Part shown: piece after piece, positions 7,416-12,066 of the stretch
How positions within the stretch are numbered: the stretch's first letter is position 1
Layout of the letters: each line of letters opens with the position of its first letter
Source: Chlamydiota bacterium
Lineage (GTDB): Bacteria; Chlamydiota; Chlamydiia; Chlamydiales; SM23-39
Assembly: GCA_038534095.1 (NCBI GenBank)
Contig: JBCAXK010000045.1
Location: forward strand, 1-12,066
Reading direction: 5' to 3'
Length of the DNA stretch: 12,066 nucleotides
The notes under the pieces: generated by a model
The model's input: the letters and a program-made list of their open reading frames with translations, nothing else
What the model was told of the DNA's origin: nothing
The model's database searches: none
Position numbers and translations under genes: made by a program

Positions 7416-7823
7416 ATGAGTGCACTTCGAAATTTGATGAGAACTATTTATGATTATTCAATTTTCAATCCTTTAAACAAGAATACAAGAGCTTCTAATG
7501 CCATCGGTATATCGAGACTGCCTCGGGTGAATAACCAGTTTTTCTCAACGACCGTGAACACCCTATTTAAAGCGATCAAATATTTCTTCCCAAGGTTTCG
7601 TAGAAAACCTTCTATGAACGGGTTAGAGAAAAAAAAGGTGACGTTTTTGACAGACCCTTCGCTGAATGGGGTTAGAAGATCCCTAGAACATTGCCAGCTT
7701 TCTAATTCTTTTATAAACAAAGTACTAAATCCGCATAACAATTGGTATAATAGATGCTTTGGTTTACCAGAAGAAAATATATTGTCTATTGAAGATAGTT
7801 TGAAAATAGAAAATATTATATAA
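7416..7823 (+). CDS. Hypothetical small basic protein (135 aa)
   Basis: The ORF fills the gap between waaC and pntB. ATG 7416 has SD GAGGA (7406-7410), an AT-rich upstream region and downstream hairpins. No family recognised. Confidence 0.6.
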   Translation: MSALRNLMRTIYDYSIFNPLNKNTRASNAIGISRLPRVNNQFFSTTVNTLFKAIKYFFPRFRRKPSMNGLEKKKVTFLTDPSLNGVRRSLEHCQLSNSFINKVLNPHNNWYNRCFGLPEENILSIEDSLKIENII

Positions 7824-7892
7824 CAAAGATTTCTTTCGGGAAGCTCTTTTCTCCCTAGAGAAAAAGCGCCTAACCAAAGAACCTCACCATCA

Positions 7893-7919
7893 AAAGATTC
7901 CCCCTTGAGGGGAATCTTT
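7893..7919. terminator. Probable bidirectional intrinsic terminator
   Basis: Perfect 11-bp stem AAAGATTCCCC/GGGGAATCTTT with a 5-nt loop and A/T-rich ends, between the convergent 7416-7823 and pntB genes. A second, weaker hairpin TTTTCTC/GAGAAAA lies at 7847-7864. Confidence 0.75.
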
Positions 7920-8005
7920 CTATTTATGAAGAACTAGCGTTTTTATAGATCATTCGTGTAGACAAAGAGGGATCTCTAAGCGTTTTTAGAAGCGATTCAG
8001 AAGCT

Positions 8006-9376
8006 CTATTTTTTCTTCAACTCGCCCACTAATAGTTGCAAAGTCATTTTTGCATCTCCAAAGATCATTGAAGTGTTTTCTCGGAAAAATAAAGGATTCT
8101 CAATACCGGCAAACCCTGAAGCGAGAGATCTTTTCAACACAAGAACCTGCTTTGCTTGATGGGCTTCAATAATCGGCATACCATAAATGGCGCTATTTTG
8201 GTCTTCCTTCGCTGAAGGATTCACAACATCATTCGCTCCAATCACAATACAGACGTCGATGGTACTCATCAAAGGATTAATATCGTCCATTTCGATAAGA
8301 TGGTCGTAAGAAATGCCTGCTTCAGCAAGCAAAACGTTCATATGCCCAGGCATGCGACCTGCAACAGGGTGAATCGCGTAACGGACTTCGGCGCCATTCT
8401 CGAGAAAAAGGGCGCTCAATTCTTTCACAGCATGTTGGGCCTGAGCAACAGCGAGTCCATAGCCTGGAACAATCAAGATGGACCTTGCCGATTCTAAAAG
8501 GTAATAAGCATCTTGTGGCGTCAGTTTTTTTGCGATTTTTTTCTCTAGCTTTTGTTCTAACGACTCTACAGAGAAAAATCCTTGGAAAAGCACATGGAAG
8601 AGGCTCCTATTCATAGCCTTACACATAATAGAAGTAAGAATAATCCCCGAAGCTCCTACCAAAGAACCAGAAACAATGAGTAAATTATTTTGAATCACAA
8701 AGCCGCTAGCGCAGGCAGCTAATCCCGAATAGCTATTTAGAAGGGAAATCACAACCGGCATGTCGGCTCCTCCAATAGGAAGAACAAAAAGAAGCCCAAG
8801 AATGAGTGATCCTGCTATGAGGAACGTGTAGAGCAGATTCGACTCGGCTGGAAACAAGCTTCCTAGAACTGAGGAAGCAAGAGCAGCTGTGAGCAAAAGC
8901 AGCATGAAGGTTTTTTGCCCTGGAAAAGTTCGCGACCTTGTCATGATCACACCACAAAGCTTTGCCCAAGCAATGACGCTTCCTGTAAAGGTGACTCCGC
9001 CAATCAGGATCGATAGGCATATGGATAATGCTGGCAGGAAAGACACTTGAGGGTTTTCATAATAAAAAGCGCAGCCTACAAGTAAGCTAGACAATCCTCC
9101 AAGCCCATTTAGCAAGGCTACCATCTCAGGCATTTCGGTCATTTTCACCGATTTAGCGCAATAAAATCCTAAAGCCGATCCAAGAGCGATCCCTGCGATG
9201 ATCCAATCCCAAGATACAATTTCCTGATGAAAAAGCGTTGCTACTACAGCTAGGACCATACCGAAAGAAGAAAGAGCGTTGCCCCGATAGGCTGAAGAGG
9301 GGGATCCCAATAGCTTCAATCCAACAATGAATAAAATCGCAGAGAAAAAATAGGTGATTTCTATGAGAGCAGTCAT
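8006..9376 (-). CDS. pntB: NAD(P)+ transhydrogenase subunit beta
   Basis: MTEMPEMVALLNGLGG, IGGADMPVVISLLNSYSG, VPGYGLAVAQAQH, IHPVAGRMPGHMNVLLAEA, GANDVVNP and GFAGIENPLF. Confidence 0.98.
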   Translation of the reverse strand: MTALIEITYFFSAILFIVGLKLLGSPSSAYRGNALSSFGMVLAVVATLFHQEIVSWDWIIAGIALGSALGFYCAKSVKMTEMPEMVALLNGLGGLSSLLVGCAFYYENPQVSFLPALSICLSILIGGVTFTGSVIAWAKLCGVIMTRSRTFPGQKTFMLLLLTAALASSVLGSLFPAESNLLYTFLIAGSLILGLLFVLPIGGADMPVVISLLNSYSGLAACASGFVIQNNLLIVSGSLVGASGIILTSIMCKAMNRSLFHVLFQGFFSVESLEQKLEKKIAKKLTPQDAYYLLESARSILIVPGYGLAVAQAQHAVKELSALFLENGAEVRYAIHPVAGRMPGHMNVLLAEAGISYDHLIEMDDINPLMSTIDVCIVIGANDVVNPSAKEDQNSAIYGMPIIEAHQAKQVLVLKRSLASGFAGIENPLFFRENTSMIFGDAKMTLQLLVGELKKK

Positions 9377-9663
9377 GAGCGATCCTCCTTTTGCTGAAAC
9401 ATTGCAAGCATTCTATTTGTCACAAGATACCCTCCTACGATATTGATCGTTGCGAACACGACCGCAAAAAAAGAGAGAATTTTCGAGAGCATGCTTGCCT
9501 CCATACCAGCTCCGATCATGGCTCCTAGAAGGGTAATGCCTGAAATCGCATTAGCTCCCGACATTAAGGGAGTGTGTAACGTAGAGGGAACCTTTCCAAT
9601 GAGCTCAAAGCCTAAAAAACCAGAAAGCATCAAAATAAACATGAGTAACATCATCACTTCCAT
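9373..9663 (-). CDS. pntAb: NAD(P)+ transhydrogenase subunit alpha part 2 (membrane part)
   Basis: KVPSTLHTPLMSGANAISG and ATINIVGGYLVTNRMLAMF. Its TGA overlaps the pntB ATG (ATGA). Confidence 0.96.
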   Translation of the reverse strand: MEVMMLLMFILMLSGFLGFELIGKVPSTLHTPLMSGANAISGITLLGAMIGAGMEASMLSKILSFFAVVFATINIVGGYLVTNRMLAMFQQKEDRS

Positions 9664-10808
9664 TAGGACGCTCCTTGCATTTGGGCAATTTTTTCATGAA
9701 CAATTTCTCCAGAGTGGGTAACAACCGAAGAAGATAAGATCAGATCTTGAAAATTTGGAGTAAAGGCTGTCTCATCCGTGAAATGAGCAACCAGCTCATA
9801 AAGATTGTTTGCGTACATATTGCTCGCATCGTAAGCAAAGTACCCAGGAAGATTTTTGGGAGCAAAAATTTTTACGCCAGAAACTTCTACTAGCTCGCCT
9901 AAGACACTACCTTCAACATTACCTCCCGTTTCCTTGGCCATATCCAAGATGATCGGAGCGGGAGTAGTCTCAATCGAGCTTAGAATTTCACTCGTTAGGA
10001 TTAAAGGCGCCTTTTTCCCAAAAAGAGCCGCTGTTGTGATGATGAGGTCCGACTTTCTTGCCTCTTTTGCCATCGCTTCTCTTTGCTTGTCTAACTGCTC
10101 TTTAGTCAAAGGAGCAGCGTACCCGTCCTTCGTTTCACGTGTTTCGCCTAGGTCGACTTCGACAAATTTTGCTCCTAAAGAGCGTACCTGCTCTTTCGTA
10201 GCAGGCCTTGTATCATAACAGTGCACAATAGCACCTAAGCGTCTTGCCGTGGCTGCTGCCTGCAAACCCGCAACGCCCACTCCAATAATCAGAACTTTCG
10301 CAGGAGGAATCGTACCCGAAGGAGTTGTCATCATTGGAAGGACTTTCGCATGTTCTGCAGCAATCATGATTGCTGCGTAACCCGCAAGGCTTGCCTGAGA
10401 AGAAAGCGCGTCCATCTTTTGGGCAACCGTCGTCCTAGGGATCATTTCCATGCTCAAAGAGGTGAGTTTTTTTTCTAGGAAAAATTCCGTATGATCTTCA
10501 GCCTCAGATCCAAACGGATTGTAAAAACTAACATGGAAGCTGCCCTCTTGAATAAACGGTAGATCACACAGTGGATACTTTTGCACCCGAAGATGAATAT
10601 CTCCCTCTCGCAAAAGCTTTTTGCGATCTTGTACTAGAACAGCTCCCGCCTTTTCGTAATCTGCATCTGCGTATCCTAGGTGTTGTCCCATTCCTGCCTC
10701 TATCCAGACAGTGAGTCCCAAAGCGCAGTATTTCACAACTGTTTTAGGAGTGATAGCAATCCGTTTTTCATCTGCTAACACTTCTTTTGTTCCGACAATT
10801 TTTTTCAT
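9663..10808 (-). CDS. pntAa: NAD(P)+ transhydrogenase subunit alpha part 1 (NAD(H)-binding domain I)
   Basis: EKRIAITP, RQD loop PRTTVAQKMDALSSQA, Rossmann IGVGVAG, mobile loop DGYA and DMAKETGGNVE. TAATG overlap with alpha2. Confidence 0.97.
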   Translation of the reverse strand: MKKIVGTKEVLADEKRIAITPKTVVKYCALGLTVWIEAGMGQHLGYADADYEKAGAVLVQDRKKLLREGDIHLRVQKYPLCDLPFIQEGSFHVSFYNPFGSEAEDHTEFFLEKKLTSLSMEMIPRTTVAQKMDALSSQASLAGYAAIMIAAEHAKVLPMMTTPSGTIPPAKVLIIGVGVAGLQAAATARRLGAIVHCYDTRPATKEQVRSLGAKFVEVDLGETRETKDGYAAPLTKEQLDKQREAMAKEARKSDLIITTAALFGKKAPLILTSEILSSIETTPAPIILDMAKETGGNVEGSVLGELVEVSGVKIFAPKNLPGYFAYDASNMYANNLYELVAHFTDETAFTPNFQDLILSSSVVTHSGEIVHEKIAQMQGAS

Positions 10809-10830
10809 AAGTACCCGCTAAAAAATGATT

Positions 10831-10859
10831 ATCCTAGCACAATAGCCTTTTGAGCGCAA
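10831..10859 (-). promoter_or_regulatory. Putative sigma70/sigma66-type promoter of the pnt operon
   Basis: The minus strand reads TTGCGC-N17-TAGGAT with an extended -10 TG, ending 22 nt upstream of the pntAa ATG. Confidence 0.5.
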
Positions 10860-10944
10860 TTTACTATATCTTCTTGCTTGATTACTAAAAATGCATAATT
10901 TATGAAGTAACTTATAACGGGAAAAGGGAATCATTGACAAAACA

Positions 10945-11907
10945 ATGAAACTATATACGTTTATGCCACTTGTTCTGACATACTTGGTGATTCTTAAAAA
11001 CACTGAATTAGAGCAAGAAACTTCGGCCATTGATACAGAATTTGTCTTTGTCGACGATCTTTCTTCTGCGCCAATCGATCAGCGTAAAAAAAGCCTCGCG
11101 CCTTATCCATTACCTAAGTCACTTACAATGAGCTACGCAGAAAGTTTCACAAGAGAAAATACTGTCCCATTTAGCAGAAATTATACAAAAATTTCTACGA
11201 TCATTTCCCCAGAATATACTTCAGAAAAACTTCTACCACTACTCGATCTAAGGGGATATCGATTTAATAATGAAGAATATGGAGGCGCTGGAGGGGCTCT
11301 TGTGCGATTCCCCTTACAAAGCCAAGAAACCGATTATATGCTGGGGATAAATACCTTTTACTACTACGAGCAAGCCTCAAATGGCGCTAACCAGCAGCTA
11401 AGCGTTGGTCTAGAGTTTTTGTCCAAACGTTGGGAACTAAGGGGTAATGCTTACGTACCTGTAGGAAAAAACACGATTTTTTTCGATTGTCTATTTGATG
11501 ATTACGATGGGGAATATTGGGCGGAGTATAGCGGGGTTCAAGAGGTCTCAAAAAGTTTTAACGCAGAATTTGGCTATTATCTCACAAATCAGGAAAATTA
11601 CCTTCTCTATTTTAGTCTTCTTCCTTATTACATTTTTGGAACAAAGAATTTTGATACGATTCAAGGTTTTGAAGCGAAACTACAAACAGGGTACACAGAT
11701 TATTTTTCTTTAGAAATCAACTACCGTTATGACACAAGTTTTGGGTCATCTTGGCAAGGAGAATTTTCGATTCAGATCCCTCTATACAAATTAACAAAAA
11801 CGCGGACAAATTCTTATGAATTATCCGATTATCAACTATACCAACATGCAAAACTGTTAGAAGTAATGCCCATTCAGCAGCGTTGTCGTTGGAGAACAAA
11901 TTATTAA
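10945..11907 (+). CDS. Inverse autotransporter (intimin/invasin-type) beta-domain protein without passenger domain
   Basis: Amphipathic beta strands with IAT-beta-like motifs PLLDLRG, LGINTFY, QQLSVGLEFL, WELRGNAYVPVG, FNAEFG and YRYDTSFG...SIQIPL. The protein ends about 40 aa after the barrel. Confidence 0.8.
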   Translation: MKLYTFMPLVLTYLVILKNTELEQETSAIDTEFVFVDDLSSAPIDQRKKSLAPYPLPKSLTMSYAESFTRENTVPFSRNYTKISTIISPEYTSEKLLPLLDLRGYRFNNEEYGGAGGALVRFPLQSQETDYMLGINTFYYYEQASNGANQQLSVGLEFLSKRWELRGNAYVPVGKNTIFFDCLFDDYDGEYWAEYSGVQEVSKSFNAEFGYYLTNQENYLLYFSLLPYYIFGTKNFDTIQGFEAKLQTGYTDYFSLEINYRYDTSFGSSWQGEFSIQIPLYKLTKTRTNSYELSDYQLYQHAKLLEVMPIQQRCRWRTNY

Positions 11908-12026
11908 GACAGAAAAAAAACTTTTGTTCATACACATCTAGTCAATATAATCAAAAACTACCTATAAAAGCCCAATTCTGGCGATCTGAACTCAGAACTG
12001 ACGCATCAAAATTTTCATTGATTTTG

Positions 12027-12058
12027 TTATCCTCCTTGGGAAACCCCAAGGAGGATAA
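12027..12058. repeat. Perfect 14-bp inverted repeat whose 3' arm contains an AAGGAGG SD-like sequence
   Basis: TTATCCTCCTTGGG-AAAC-CCCAAGGAGGATAA, followed directly by ATG at 12059. Confidence 0.85.
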
Positions 12059-12066
12059 ATGAATTT

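Noticed and set aside
9373..10808. Split pntA interpreted as a frameshifted pseudogene
   Set aside because: The alpha1/alpha2 split is a known natural architecture, and the TAATG coupling and intact motifs support functional genes.
10883..10910. Inverted repeat CATAA-T-TTATG with flanking TTACT/AGTAA in the divergent pnt/IAT promoter region as an operator (e.g. Rex)
   Set aside because: It is short and AT-rich, and does not match the Rex consensus TTGTGAA-N4-TTCACAA; likely chance.
2799..11935. Nested or antisense ORFs (2799-3068, 4516-4914, 5687-5902, 6308-6541, 6375-6563, 6615-6881, 7454-7741, 8300-8497, 8733-9020, 9153-9407, 9443-9721, 9856-10218, 10818-11030, 11495-11713, 11717-11935)
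   Set aside because: These are shadow frames of better-supported genes with no independent coding signal.
1..12066. CRISPR array, IS element, tRNA or rRNA
   Set aside because: No regularly spaced direct repeats, transposase or integrase motifs, or cloverleaf/rRNA signatures were seen on manual reading.

Overview
This is a bacterial chromosomal window of roughly 40% GC. Gene content points to an environmental chlamydia (Chlamydiota), an inference from a Sec-signal Rhs N-terminus, a stand-alone inverse-autotransporter beta-barrel and several effector-like orphans. Well-supported genes are an alpha/beta hydrolase, a PAP2-family protein next to heptosyltransferase I (waaC), a three-gene proton-translocating NAD(P)+ transhydrogenase operon (alpha1, alpha2, beta) and an inverse-autotransporter beta-domain protein. 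There are four hypothetical proteins: a polytopic membrane protein, a CxxC/CxxC zinc protein, a secreted acidic protein and a small basic protein. The ORF track misses the 5' end of an Rhs-type gene at the left edge, whose SD-led start and signal peptide sit one base out of frame at a T6 run. Other notable points are the loss of the C2 catalytic His in the PAP2 protein (PSGG instead of PSGH) and a perfect 14-bp hairpin burying an AAGGAGG SD at the right edge. I saw no rRNA, tRNA, CRISPR array or intact mobile element. No clearly new multi-gene system is demonstrated; the best candidates are the His-less PAP2 + waaC pair and the frameshifted Rhs gene.
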